A DNA stretch of 64,000 nt from a virus, in the IMG/VR virus record IMGVR_UViG_3300030430_005376, positions 73,661 through 137,660 of that record; one strand, given 5' to 3'. Under the pieces are notes generated by a model that was not told where the DNA came from, searched no databases, and saw only the letters and a program-made list of their open reading frames with translations. This document shows positions 44,702-55,301 of this stretch, piece by piece (the first letter of the stretch is position 1; every line of letters begins with the position of its first letter). The translations under genes and the position numbers were made by a program.

Positions 44702-47076
44702 TAAAAGTCCTGTTTAAGTCTTATGACAAATTCGTCTTCTTCAGTTTTATTTATAGGTTGCGCAAAGTTAGCCTGCATGATCACATTAAAGTTATCATCA
44801 TGAATATTGACAGTCGATATGTGAACCGTGCTTAGTTTTTCGTTGTTGGGCGCACTGTTGGGAGGATATTTTTCATACGTCTTGTTAGAAGAAGACATGA
44901 AGAATCCGGCAAAGGCAGGAATGTTCATCACAAGACTGTGGAGTTGCTGCTCGCCTCTAAGCTTCATATCAAGCTTGTCCTTGCCGTAAAAGAAAAGATT
45001 AGGTGTCTTGATGACCGCCAAACCTTCTTCGTAGAGAAGCGTCCCTATGTTGTTCCAGTCTGCTTGTTTTGTTAGGCAATCTGCTCTAAACAAACCTCCG
45101 CGCTTGTTGTCTTTTATGTTTATAGAAATTCCGCCGCCAGAGCCTGTTAGATTTTCTTCAAATAGATGAAAAGACCCAGGGTGTATTTTAGAACCGTAGT
45201 ACAGGTTGGATATGTCAAGCACACTAATTTCATTAGAGCTAACGTCTCTTGTTCTTTGTGCGATAGTCAAAACAGAACCCGGGGCAACACCTGGGTTTTC
45301 CGGGGATGATCCTACTATTTTCTCGAAGATAGATCCACCAGTAAAGACTAACCCTGGAAAAAGCGAAGATGTAGGTATTAAATTCTCCAAGCTAATTATG
45401 GAGTAATCAAACGCCTTGCCGTCTTTTTTAAACATGTCACTTGATGACATGAGAGAATTTTCTAGTATGTCGTAGACAGGTCTGTGAAGACCGTTATCGT
45501 TCGGTAAGATTGAGAAGTTTCTTTTTAAATTAGAAGCTGAGTGATAAACAAATTCATCAGCAGTTATGTTTTGAACTGTGGTGTTGATAGTTTTTGGAAA
45601 CAATCCGAAATGTCTAGGCTGCTCCATGTGAACAAAATCTAGTGTATAGTTTTCTAAATTAAGTAGCTTACCTCCCACACCAAACGAAAACTGAACACTG
45701 AACGGGTCGTTTGTAGTTGCTTCAATTGCTTGAAATGGTGTAACAAGGACATCTCTTTTTGATGAAGAAGGAAAGAAATACGCAGGAACATAAAACACCA
45801 TGCCCGCAGTCGTAGTTGGACTAGTGTCAGATATCTTTTCAAATTTTAATAAATTCTTGTTAATAAAACTATCGTAGAGCCTCACATCGTGTATTTCAGC
45901 ATTTAACGGGTGAGACAATTGATCAATCTTGTAATTGTCAGTAGTTGTAGTGACATTTTCTGCATTATACCCTTCGATAATATCTTTCTGACCTGTGCTT
46001 GTTACTTCTTGATTTACCATGCTCGCCCAAGACTCGTTTCCGTCGTAGACTGCGTCAAGGTAATTGCCCAGGAGCAGGCAGGGCGGGCTTAAATTTCTAT
46101 TAGCGGAAACAGAAGCAGAAGGGATATTAAAGAGAGTTTCTTTTTTATCAATAAAAATAGAACCGGTACTGTTATTTGTAGAATTAGACCACGCAACAAG
46201 CACGTTGTGCCAATTATTTTTATTGAGTGTATGCGAAGAAGTGAATATTAAATCTCTTGGGTACGGCCCTGAGGGTGAATTTAAGTCAATAGAAGAGGGA
46301 GGAATATCAGCACTTTGGCTAAGCTGAAGAAGTAGTTTAAAGGTATTTTCTGCACCAAATTCATCAACTGTTGACCCGGATACGAGTGACAGAGAAATAG
46401 AAGAAGAGATGTGTAAAATTGTTCCTGCTCGATAGTCTCTATCAGCACTTGAGTATCTAGGATTAATCCAGAAGTTAAAAGAAAAGCTATCGGGTAGGTG
46501 GTATCTTTCTCCTACACTTGGATATGCTAACACAGACCCAGTCGGTATTTTTTCATTGTCAAAAAAGTTGAGCGTGTTGTAATTTGTATACCAAAATCCA
46601 CAATTTTCGTATTTGTGTCTATGGTAAGGCATCAAAACGTTTCTAATTACGTTTTTTTCTGTGGTGTTTTTTGTAAACTTGAAAGGAGGATCAAATCTAA
46701 AAGCATCAATTTGCTTTGAGAACCTAACATCTTTCGGCGCTTCATCAATAAGACTCAAATATCTTTCTAGTGAAACAGAAAGATCTGTTATTCCTTCTTC
46801 TGCGTCTGTGTTCGCTTTCTGCAAACTTATTGCTCTTACATAGTTGTCTATGTTATAATCGCTAACATTAGAGTCGCCATCAAGAACATCTTCGACTAAG
46901 TTGTCAGCGGCTGTTGATAAATCTATGACTTGTTTAATTGCAGGAGATCTAACCGGGCTTACAAACTGCGACCCGGTGACTCCTGCACCTACTGAAGAAG
47001 AAACAAAATGAACACTGGGCCTTAATAAAATTGAAGTGTGTTCAAGGTTTCTATTGTCAAGTTTGACAAAAGACAT
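44701..47076 (-). CDS. Baseplate/virion protein with LamG-like domain
   Basis: FSFNFWI, WHNVLVAW, EIHDVRLY; C-terminus shared with the 47089 gene. Confidence 0.65.
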   Translation of the reverse strand: MSFVKLDNRNLEHTSILLRPSVHFVSSSVGAGVTGSQFVSPVRSPAIKQVIDLSTAADNLVEDVLDGDSNVSDYNIDNYVRAISLQKANTDAEEGITDLSVSLERYLSLIDEAPKDVRFSKQIDAFRFDPPFKFTKNTTEKNVIRNVLMPYHRHKYENCGFWYTNYNTLNFFDNEKIPTGSVLAYPSVGERYHLPDSFSFNFWINPRYSSADRDYRAGTILHISSSISLSLVSGSTVDEFGAENTFKLLLQLSQSADIPPSSIDLNSPSGPYPRDLIFTSSHTLNKNNWHNVLVAWSNSTNNSTGSIFIDKKETLFNIPSASVSANRNLSPPCLLLGNYLDAVYDGNESWASMVNQEVTSTGQKDIIEGYNAENVTTTTDNYKIDQLSHPLNAEIHDVRLYDSFINKNLLKFEKISDTSPTTTAGMVFYVPAYFFPSSSKRDVLVTPFQAIEATTNDPFSVQFSFGVGGKLLNLENYTLDFVHMEQPRHFGLFPKTINTTVQNITADEFVYHSASNLKRNFSILPNDNGLHRPVYDILENSLMSSSDMFKKDGKAFDYSIISLENLIPTSSLFPGLVFTGGSIFEKIVGSSPENPGVAPGSVLTIAQRTRDVSSNEISVLDISNLYYGSKIHPGSFHLFEENLTGSGGGISINIKDNKRGGLFRADCLTKQADWNNIGTLLYEEGLAVIKTPNLFFYGKDKLDMKLRGEQQLHSLVMNIPAFAGFFMSSSNKTYEKYPPNSAPNNEKLSTVHISTVNIHDDNFNVIMQANFAQPINKTEEDEFVIRLKQDF

Positions 47077-47088
47077 GGATTCTCCATT

Positions 47089-48279
47089 CTAGAAGTCTAA
47101 TCTGACTCTGAATGTCAAATCTTTTTCATCGTTCTTTTCAACAGGCCTGGAAAGCTTTGCTGTTGCCAAAAGTTCTTCGTTTGCGTCGTAAAGACCGACT
47201 GATGTCACGAAAGCAAATGACTTTTGTTCACCTTGTTGTGACTCATCAATTACCAAAATCCTACCCTCAGAGTCTGTGTAAGTTGGATTTGAAGAGTAGT
47301 TAAATTCGTCTGCAGTTGCTCTACAGAAAACTAAAGTTGAGTTAATCTTTGTGTTGTTTTGAAATGTTAAGAAAGTATTACTTCCAGAACCAAACCTCTC
47401 TGTTGAAATATGCTTGATTATATCGTCCATGGAGGCAGAATTGACAAAGTTAGGTATGAAAGAAGCACTAATAGGCACAGTTGATCCGGCGCCTACACAC
47501 TCAATTGTCCCACTCATAACTTGGTCTGATTGTAGTGCTCTATTAAGATCAAGTATGGCAATACCTTTTTGGTAAAACATTAAGCCGACTGTTTGGCTAG
47601 TATCTGAAGCCAAGACAATGTTTCCTACATCCCCTCCAAACTGTGACCTTTCTATGCTTGATGCAGCACCAACGTCTGTAAAGATAACTGACCCAGTGGA
47701 TGGGTGTAGGGCCGTCTGACCAAATATATTATCAAAAGTGTCTCCAGGTTCAGGATTTGAGCACGACTGGAAGAATCTCATTGCAAAAGTTTCTCTTTTG
47801 ATGCCGTCTCTAACAAACAACCTCTTGAAACATAAGAACAGGGCGTTATCCACGTTGTCTGTTGCTGTCGTGCTTGAGAAGGGTGCTCTAAATCTAGACT
47901 CTGCATCACCTAAAAGAGTTTGTGCAAACTGTCGATATATGTTTATCTTTTCTCTCATCATCAGTGACTGTGAAGGGAAAAGTAATTTCCCATTAGTGTC
48001 AATATTGGGCGAAAGTGCTGACACTGTGGTGGACCCTGAAAAGACCCCGTAAGTTACGTCAAAGAGTTCGTTCGCTGTCTGCAAGTTAAAGTTTTGATCA
48101 AATACTGTCTGGAAAAGCGAAGAGGTTATTGAGTTTGCTCCGCTGCCTGTCACAAAAACTTGATAGCTTTTTCTAGATGTAGAACCTGATACGTCTTCTT
48201 CGACAAAGTCAATTAGCTGGTTGAGCACTGTTCTAGTTGTCTTTATGTCAGCACTCGATATTGTTTTAAAAGTTGCCAT
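47089..48279 (-). CDS. Probable baseplate protein
   Basis: C-terminal VGLYDANEELLATAKLSRP resembles tail-collar/baseplate strands. Confidence 0.55.
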   Translation of the reverse strand: MATFKTISSADIKTTRTVLNQLIDFVEEDVSGSTSRKSYQVFVTGSGANSITSSLFQTVFDQNFNLQTANELFDVTYGVFSGSTTVSALSPNIDTNGKLLFPSQSLMMREKINIYRQFAQTLLGDAESRFRAPFSSTTATDNVDNALFLCFKRLFVRDGIKRETFAMRFFQSCSNPEPGDTFDNIFGQTALHPSTGSVIFTDVGAASSIERSQFGGDVGNIVLASDTSQTVGLMFYQKGIAILDLNRALQSDQVMSGTIECVGAGSTVPISASFIPNFVNSASMDDIIKHISTERFGSGSNTFLTFQNNTKINSTLVFCRATADEFNYSSNPTYTDSEGRILVIDESQQGEQKSFAFVTSVGLYDANEELLATAKLSRPVEKNDEKDLTFRVRLDF

Positions 48280-48291
48280 TTTTCCCTCTTA

Positions 48292-48990
48292 TTATGATAT
48301 CTGCAGTTCAATGTTTTTAGTTAAGCCTGAGTTAACTCCTGTCACTTTCACAAAAGTTCTAATGAAAGAGCCTCCTGAAACGCTATAAGTTGCAAAAGTT
48401 GTATCAGAAAAACTTTTTAAGTTGAGCGTGATAGATGCAGAAACTTCATCTCCCTGAGTGTTGAAATCTGCAGGGATTCTGTACACAGCAATGTTGTCTG
48501 TGTATACAACATCTGGTTGCTCGCCTGCAATAGTTAGAAAAAGATTGTTGACTTCTACACGAAATTCACCGTCTAGAATATCAGGATCTATTCCGATGCC
48601 TGTCTTTGAGCTAATTGCAGCATTAACAGTCTGAGAAGTTGTTGCTGTTCTAGTAAAGTTCACAACAGTGCTAGTTAAATCTGTACCAGCAAGTGTCATG
48701 TCTAAGACAGGCAAGTGAGTTAAAAACTCATTTGATATACTAAGTAATTTATGTTTGAGACCTAAACTTCCTGCTGTAAAAGCTTCAAGCAGAGGAGTGT
48801 TTTTTTCTATTTTTTCTCTACCTACTGTTCTGCCAAACTGTCTAATAACGTTGTAGTCAACTTCGTCGTCACCTAAGGCAAATTGAAATATTTGAAATGA
48901 GCCGTCGTTTCTAGCTAACGAACGGCGGCCTAAATCTGTCAAAACTGCATCAACGATGATGTTGTTTGTACTATGATCTAAAAATCCCAT
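48292..48990 (-). CDS. Probable baseplate/virion protein
   Basis: IVDAVLTDLGRRSLA, FALGDDEVDY; promoter motif and GAGGAG RBS. Confidence 0.6.
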   Translation of the reverse strand: MGFLDHSTNNIIVDAVLTDLGRRSLARNDGSFQIFQFALGDDEVDYNVIRQFGRTVGREKIEKNTPLLEAFTAGSLGLKHKLLSISNEFLTHLPVLDMTLAGTDLTSTVVNFTRTATTSQTVNAAISSKTGIGIDPDILDGEFRVEVNNLFLTIAGEQPDVVYTDNIAVYRIPADFNTQGDEVSASITLNLKSFSDTTFATYSVSGGSFIRTFVKVTGVNSGLTKNIELQIS

Positions 48991-49038
48991 TATAGTCTCC
49001 TCGTATCTAAATATACACTAAAAAAAAATATTGTAATT

Positions 49039-51057
49039 CTATAAGTCAATAGAAGTAAAAGAAAATGTTGATTTACTGACGCCATCGAGCGGGGAACCGC
49101 TAAAGTCTCCCACTCGAATGTTTAAAATTTTGTCTTTTTGCAAATCAAGATTTAAGATATGTATCTTATAAGTATCGTTATCTTTGTCAATACTTATAAA
49201 ATTTTGATCTTGTTCAATCTCGCCTCTGCCTGGTATGTTTTTTGTAACTTTATAGTACTCAGGATCAAAATAAACTCTCATTCTCTCGTACCCACTAACT
49301 TTAATTGCATCTTCAAATGAATCTTTATTTAAGAGTATGTTGGGATAAGGTTTTGGAGCGTTTGGAAAACTAATAAGTGTATTTTTAATTTTATTAAGTC
49401 TCGCAATGTATTCAAATTGAATTTGAGAACTTAAGTTTGATGACAATCCGTGTGCATCCACACACGCGACTGCATAAATTGGTTTTTGGCCACTTTCCCA
49501 AGTATTGTCAGTAAATGAAATTCTTGGCGAGCTAAATCTTACCAGATTCTCTTCTTGCGCTACTTCTGAAACTGATGTTCTTATAGTCGAATTATCAAAA
49601 TCATACTCTTTAATAAGAGTAAAAGGTTCACTTGTGCTATGCCTCTTAAATATTTGAAATCTTTTTATGTCGCGCTGGGGGTTTACAGGAAACTGCCATG
49701 TCACAAAAGGCTTTCTTGACTTGTATTCAAAGGATATTTTTAAGTTTGTAGGAGGAGGTGGAGGGATGTTTTCAACGCACCTGACAGACGTGCTTGTACC
49801 TTCAGATGCTATCAAAACAGTTACGACCGAAACTGTATCTAATGAAGCGTCATTTTCGTTTCTAGTTTCAGCAATCATCTCTACTTGATATATCGACCTA
49901 ATTTCGTAAGAATAGACACCGCCGTATCTTACGTTTTTATCAATTATGAAAAGACCGTCTGGGTTGTCTGATATTAAAAATCCTCGTTCTTCATATCTGT
50001 CATCATCAAAAACTTCAAGTTTTTTAATAATGTATCCTGCGTGTTTAATATTTGGATAACTTTTGCCTTTTGAAACAGTAGACTTTTTCTTAGCAAACTT
50101 CTTGCCTTTTCCACTTTGCTGAATTGGTTTTATGCTGATTGGATTTACTTTTGTCACATACAAACTTTCGTTCATAGAATTTGAAGCATTACGCCTCTTC
50201 GCTCTACCTGATATTCTTGGTGACTTAGTTTTAATGAATCCAAATTCATCTTGGAAAAGTGAGTCAGGTACTCTAATTCCACTACTTATGACCTGGTCGA
50301 ATAATAAGTTGTTAATTTGCATTGAAAAATTCTGTCGCCCAGCGAGGTCATCAGCAGTTTCTGCCGCGGCGTCTCCGACATCTGATGATGCGACATTGTA
50401 TCCTTTAGACTGTATTCCTTTCAGTGCTGAAGAAACAAGTTTCTTTTCTTGTCCTGTAAGTTCACCGTCAGACAGCGCTTCTAAAAGTTTGTTGTACCCA
50501 TCTTGTGGAGAGTCTTCTTCCGCGCCTGTTTCGGTAATTATTAAAGAGCTATTCATCATTTCATAAAGGTGTTTTTCAGCGCCTGTGTCAACTAATTCAA
50601 AACTAGTGAACTCACTGCTTACACTTCCTCCCTCTACAAGTATTTTATCTAAGTTATTAGAAACTATCTGAGTGTTTCTAAGCTCTTTGATTCTTCCAAA
50701 TTTTTTAGGAGGTTTAAAACTAAACTCGACGAACCTGGGTATTTTGTCGTTACTTAATTCAAAAAATATTTCATTACTTGTAGACACAGAAACGTCTATG
50801 ACTTCACCGACATTATTAATAATTTCTCTTTCATTTGGTAAAAAGTAGTTGTACTTAAATGTAGCTTTTGCCTCTTGAACTTCAGGCACATTCACCCTGA
50901 GTGCAGGAATCGACGGAAATGAATCTATTACTTTTACCTCTTCGTCACCTTCGTGGTAGCTACCTTCATCTATAACGTCTTTGAGACCTGAAAGTTCTTG
51001 AGCTTCATATTGTATATCTTCAATTACTATGTACTTATCATCAGATTCTTCAGGCAT
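49039..51057 (-). CDS. Virion protein with Fn3/Ig-like segments
   Basis: PPPPPTNLKI, YSYEIR, YAVACVD patterns. Confidence 0.55.
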   Translation of the reverse strand: MPEESDDKYIVIEDIQYEAQELSGLKDVIDEGSYHEGDEEVKVIDSFPSIPALRVNVPEVQEAKATFKYNYFLPNEREIINNVGEVIDVSVSTSNEIFFELSNDKIPRFVEFSFKPPKKFGRIKELRNTQIVSNNLDKILVEGGSVSSEFTSFELVDTGAEKHLYEMMNSSLIITETGAEEDSPQDGYNKLLEALSDGELTGQEKKLVSSALKGIQSKGYNVASSDVGDAAAETADDLAGRQNFSMQINNLLFDQVISSGIRVPDSLFQDEFGFIKTKSPRISGRAKRRNASNSMNESLYVTKVNPISIKPIQQSGKGKKFAKKKSTVSKGKSYPNIKHAGYIIKKLEVFDDDRYEERGFLISDNPDGLFIIDKNVRYGGVYSYEIRSIYQVEMIAETRNENDASLDTVSVVTVLIASEGTSTSVRCVENIPPPPPTNLKISFEYKSRKPFVTWQFPVNPQRDIKRFQIFKRHSTSEPFTLIKEYDFDNSTIRTSVSEVAQEENLVRFSSPRISFTDNTWESGQKPIYAVACVDAHGLSSNLSSQIQFEYIARLNKIKNTLISFPNAPKPYPNILLNKDSFEDAIKVSGYERMRVYFDPEYYKVTKNIPGRGEIEQDQNFISIDKDNDTYKIHILNLDLQKDKILNIRVGDFSGSPLDGVSKSTFSFTSIDL

Positions 51058-54000
51058 TACTTTGTCCTATCAGGTAAAATTGTTATTGTCACATATGTGC
51101 TGAAAACTTCTGGAAAATCTTGCCTACAATTCTTTTTGTATTTTTCAACTGTTGAAGTTTCAAGAAGTGCTGATCTAAAATTTTTTGTTGTGTCGTTCGA
51201 AGTAGAAGGTTTAAAGTCTGGTCTAATTATTTTAGAAGTGTAGCTGAAATTAGGCTTTGTTTGAAATATGTCTTCAAACTCTTGATCATAAATGGGTGTG
51301 TAAAGCACAAAGTCTTTGTCGTTATACGGTATTGATAAAACTCTATCAAACTTCTTAGGAAGAAAAACTCTTTTTGTTTTTGTACCTAGCGAATAGATAG
51401 GTGTGGCGCCTATCGTCTTAATACCTCTAAAAAGTTCCGAAGCTAACACTTCATCGATGTTTGCCGCCGGGTATTTTGCAACTATTCGATTTATAAGATC
51501 ATCATAGTTTTGTGCCATTTCTGTCCTAGCAGTACTAAAACCTCCGTCTGGCTTTCTAAAATCTATACTTCTGCCGCGAAGAACAAAACTGTATGTATCA
51601 AAGTCAAGCCCGAGACCAAAACGATAATAGTGTTTAAGTGCATAGTCGTTTATGTGATTAATTAACAATTCTTTTGTTATGTTTCTTTTAGACAGTAGAT
51701 CTGACCCTAGTTGTCGTCTCGCCCTGTATGCTTCTTTCAGTTGGTCGTAAGGGTCTCCCGGTTCATCTTCTGTCTCTGCTCTTTTGTCTGTCCATCGAGT
51801 AAACTCCATATTATTTACCACGTTGTCAAAAGTCCAACTGTCAGAGTAGTTTGCTAAGTGGTTGAGCAATTCTCCTTTCTGGTTGTAATCATTTAGCTGC
51901 AACTTTGAATCAAAAAGAAAAGTCTTTGGATAAACTACTTCTTCGGCATCAATTTCATTTCTCTTAAAAATATTTACACAAAACCTCTTACTCTCAAGAA
52001 ATTCTAAATTACCTGTCATTTTAAAAGCTTCAAATCGCATTGTAGCGAGCATAGAGTTTGTGATACCGACGTGACTTACTACTAAATTACCTCTTTTCTC
52101 AGAAGACAAAAATCCATAGCCAGGATTACTTAGTATCTTAAACATAAGTTTGACTTGCTTTGGACCTATTTTGTCTTCTACAGTAAACATGCTATTTTTA
52201 ACTGGTACAAACGTGTTGATGTAACTGTGATACATTTCTGACACCGATTCTTCTGAAATTAAAGACACGGTGTCTTCGAAGGCTCTGATCTTGCGATCTT
52301 TTAACAAGTCAATGGCTGCCAAAGATCTATCTGATCCATCACCCCGCTGTACGTAATCAACAATCCTGTCTCTCTGCTTTTTTAAATTAGCAGCATGCAT
52401 AGCAGGAATTGATATAAGAGAACCTATTCTTTTTGCTCTTTCCTTTATTAATATTTGAGCCGCAATCAAGTCGTTTTTGGCGCTATTGTAAGCGTTTCTA
52501 AAAGCGTCAGATCTCTGGTTTAAATTTTCTGGCTGGGCATTTTGACCGTAAACACCTACAAACTTAAACGCGTTTGCAACACCTAGCAATTTATCTTTGT
52601 CAAATATTATTTCTATTCTTGCGTTGTTAGATCTTTTTGGGTTGAAAGATTTTGCTTTCACTGTTAGGTGCCGTTGTAATATTTTTGCAACAAAAGCATA
52701 CAAGATAAACGCCCTGTGGTGTTCTGACAGCTTTAATATTGCACCTTGATTTTTAAGAGATCTTGGAAACTTTCTATTAAATCCTTCAAGTTCTACAGTT
52801 TCACCTTTAACAAGTCCGGGTCTTTTGTTATTGAAACTATTTAGTTCACTTCTCTTGCTATCAAATAAAGTGTCTAAAAAGTGCTCATTATTAAGGAAAT
52901 CACTAAGCGAATTTTTCCCGTATCTCAATCCCCTGTCGAGCAAAGCTTGTTCCTTGTTGATGTCACCCGGGCCGTCGTAACTGTATTTTTTACCACTTTG
53001 CTTTTTAATCGTATATGTCCTCTTTTTGGACATCGATCCTGCTGATCCCGCATTAATGACTTTTGCTGACTTACCTAATTTATTAAAATTTTTATCTTTT
53101 TCTGTGTATTCTTTTTGTTTAAGTGCATCAAACTTATCGCCTCCGAGAGTTCTAAAGTCTTTATCTCTTTTCTTCTTCACTTTGGCTACATTCAACGTGT
53201 TATCAATAAAGTCTTTAAGAAATACATCTGTTTTGTATCTTACAGCTCTTCGAAGTGCCTCAGGACGTGTAATCGAACGATCATTTTGCAAAAAAGGATC
53301 TCCTCTTTTCTTGCCGGTACCTCGGCCTGTACTCTTGTTTTTTGAGTTAAGCTTATCTCCCAAGTAACCTGACTTAAAAGCTCTTACTATTCCTTTTCTA
53401 GTTTTTGACTGCTTGACTAGCAGCGCAAGTCTTAACAGTGTATTGCTCATGTCACCCTGGGCTTGATCAAATAAATCATCTGAAATCATTCTGCACAAAG
53501 CAAGAAACGAATCTTCAACTTCATAAATACCCAACCTGTTATCAACATCTTCTACGTAAGCGTTTGCAAAATTTTTATAATTACTCACTAGATTTGTAAA
53601 CTCAGTAAATTCTTCATCTCCTCTTTGAAGCGCAACATCAATTAAAAATTCAGGCCCAGTCAAGTAGCTTTCATCAGTAGGATACTTTTGTGTAGATTCA
53701 AAAGGTATGTATTTAGTGTTTAAACCTGTATCTGTTTTTGCTTCTAGTAGCTTAAAAATAGGCGGTGGCGCTGCTGCGCTCACTAACGGGTCGAACTGGA
53801 CATCGCCGCCTAAAGCTCCTTTAATTTTCATAGATGTTCGAGGACCTAAAAGTTTGTCGTAGTAATCTTTTATGCTGCCTCTTGGTACGTTCGACCCGTC
53901 TAGATAGCGAAAAGCATTTGCTGTTTGTGAATTCCGATGTTCTTGGATCGCCATGGCATCGTTAAATAAGCAAGCGGCCAGAAGTTCAGAGTAGATAGTC

Positions 54001-55301
54001 ATGTCATCAAGTGAATCTGGGAACTTGTTCATTATTCGACCTATTTTATTGTCTCCAAAAAAGCCATCAACACCCGGCTCTGATAAAACATCCCGAACAT
54101 CTTCTTGCTTTATTTTTTTACCATCATTGTAATAAGGATTTTTTCTCCTATCTTTATCATCCATAGCATCGATGTAAGTTGATATGAGCCACGTTTGCTG
54201 CAATTCTTCTAAAGCATCGTAGAGGGTCCCGTTATCATCAATGTCTGCATTCAGGCCGACACGGCCAATTTTTCGATTGTCTTCGTCAAATCGTCTTTGT
54301 GAAAGCGGGTAATTTAAATGAATTGTTTCATAAGCGTTGACAAAGGATTCAATTATCAAAGATGTGTCAGTGCCCATATATTTTGACGATACGTCCAAAA
54401 CTTTAGCAAATTTATCAGAAGCAGGATCTCGGAAGAACTCTTGAACGTTACCACCAAGCAAACCAGAATCTTTTATGAATTGTTGAACGTTGCTAGGAAA
54501 ATCAGAGTCGCCTTCGTTTATATTCTGAAGCGTTGTGTAAGATACTGACTCAAGAATTGACCAAGATTTTAGTGCTGACTCTTTTATTCTCAATATTCCG
54601 CTTAGATACTCTATGGCTTCTTGAACTAGTACTTCGTAAATAGCATACTCAATGAGCGTCCTGTAGTATGGGTCTTCTGATCTCTCGCTATTAATGTTTT
54701 CTAGCGTAGGTTTTCTAGGTATTTGTGAAGCGAGCGTTTTATTAGCATCTGGATTTTTTTTCTTAGTTTTTCTACCTGAATTTTGTTTTCTAGACACAAC
54801 ATTGACAAAATTCTCTATTGCTACATTAATATCTTTGTCAATTATGTCGTCGAAGACACTCTCTACTTTTTCTCTAATGGCACTGAGTATTTCTGAATTG
54901 TTATAACCTTTCGCGTCGTTGAGTAAGCTTTCTGCATTTGCTAGATTGACTTTTCTTATCTGTCGCTGTATTTCAAAAAGCTTGGCAACGCTGTTGATGT
55001 CAAGAAGGTTGCCTTCACCGAATTGCGCTTTTAAACCTGTCGAGTCAGGTGAAGTGTTGCCCTTAGCAATAGGAACAAACTCTGTGTTTGCAATCACAAC
55101 AGGTTTCATGGGGTTTAACGCTTCTCTGTTAATAATTTTAAATTTGTTTGAAGCATTCACATTATTTAGTGTATCTTGCTCTTCCTCTGACAAAGCTTCT
55201 TTTGGCGTTGTAATTGAGACAACAGCAGGGCTATTTGATGACTCTTTTGTGAGCGTATCTATTCTAAATTTTGATTTTGTAGTGTTAATAGCCACAATCA
55301 A
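51057..55301 (-). CDS. Very large hypothetical protein, 1414 aa
   Basis: ORF track; translationally coupled to neighbours. Confidence 0.75.
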   Translation of the reverse strand: MIVAINTTKSKFRIDTLTKESSNSPAVVSITTPKEALSEEEQDTLNNVNASNKFKIINREALNPMKPVVIANTEFVPIAKGNTSPDSTGLKAQFGEGNLLDINSVAKLFEIQRQIRKVNLANAESLLNDAKGYNNSEILSAIREKVESVFDDIIDKDINVAIENFVNVVSRKQNSGRKTKKKNPDANKTLASQIPRKPTLENINSERSEDPYYRTLIEYAIYEVLVQEAIEYLSGILRIKESALKSWSILESVSYTTLQNINEGDSDFPSNVQQFIKDSGLLGGNVQEFFRDPASDKFAKVLDVSSKYMGTDTSLIIESFVNAYETIHLNYPLSQRRFDEDNRKIGRVGLNADIDDNGTLYDALEELQQTWLISTYIDAMDDKDRRKNPYYNDGKKIKQEDVRDVLSEPGVDGFFGDNKIGRIMNKFPDSLDDMTIYSELLAACLFNDAMAIQEHRNSQTANAFRYLDGSNVPRGSIKDYYDKLLGPRTSMKIKGALGGDVQFDPLVSAAAPPPIFKLLEAKTDTGLNTKYIPFESTQKYPTDESYLTGPEFLIDVALQRGDEEFTEFTNLVSNYKNFANAYVEDVDNRLGIYEVEDSFLALCRMISDDLFDQAQGDMSNTLLRLALLVKQSKTRKGIVRAFKSGYLGDKLNSKNKSTGRGTGKKRGDPFLQNDRSITRPEALRRAVRYKTDVFLKDFIDNTLNVAKVKKKRDKDFRTLGGDKFDALKQKEYTEKDKNFNKLGKSAKVINAGSAGSMSKKRTYTIKKQSGKKYSYDGPGDINKEQALLDRGLRYGKNSLSDFLNNEHFLDTLFDSKRSELNSFNNKRPGLVKGETVELEGFNRKFPRSLKNQGAILKLSEHHRAFILYAFVAKILQRHLTVKAKSFNPKRSNNARIEIIFDKDKLLGVANAFKFVGVYGQNAQPENLNQRSDAFRNAYNSAKNDLIAAQILIKERAKRIGSLISIPAMHAANLKKQRDRIVDYVQRGDGSDRSLAAIDLLKDRKIRAFEDTVSLISEESVSEMYHSYINTFVPVKNSMFTVEDKIGPKQVKLMFKILSNPGYGFLSSEKRGNLVVSHVGITNSMLATMRFEAFKMTGNLEFLESKRFCVNIFKRNEIDAEEVVYPKTFLFDSKLQLNDYNQKGELLNHLANYSDSWTFDNVVNNMEFTRWTDKRAETEDEPGDPYDQLKEAYRARRQLGSDLLSKRNITKELLINHINDYALKHYYRFGLGLDFDTYSFVLRGRSIDFRKPDGGFSTARTEMAQNYDDLINRIVAKYPAANIDEVLASELFRGIKTIGATPIYSLGTKTKRVFLPKKFDRVLSIPYNDKDFVLYTPIYDQEFEDIFQTKPNFSYTSKIIRPDFKPSTSNDTTKNFRSALLETSTVEKYKKNCRQDFPEVFSTYVTITILPDRTK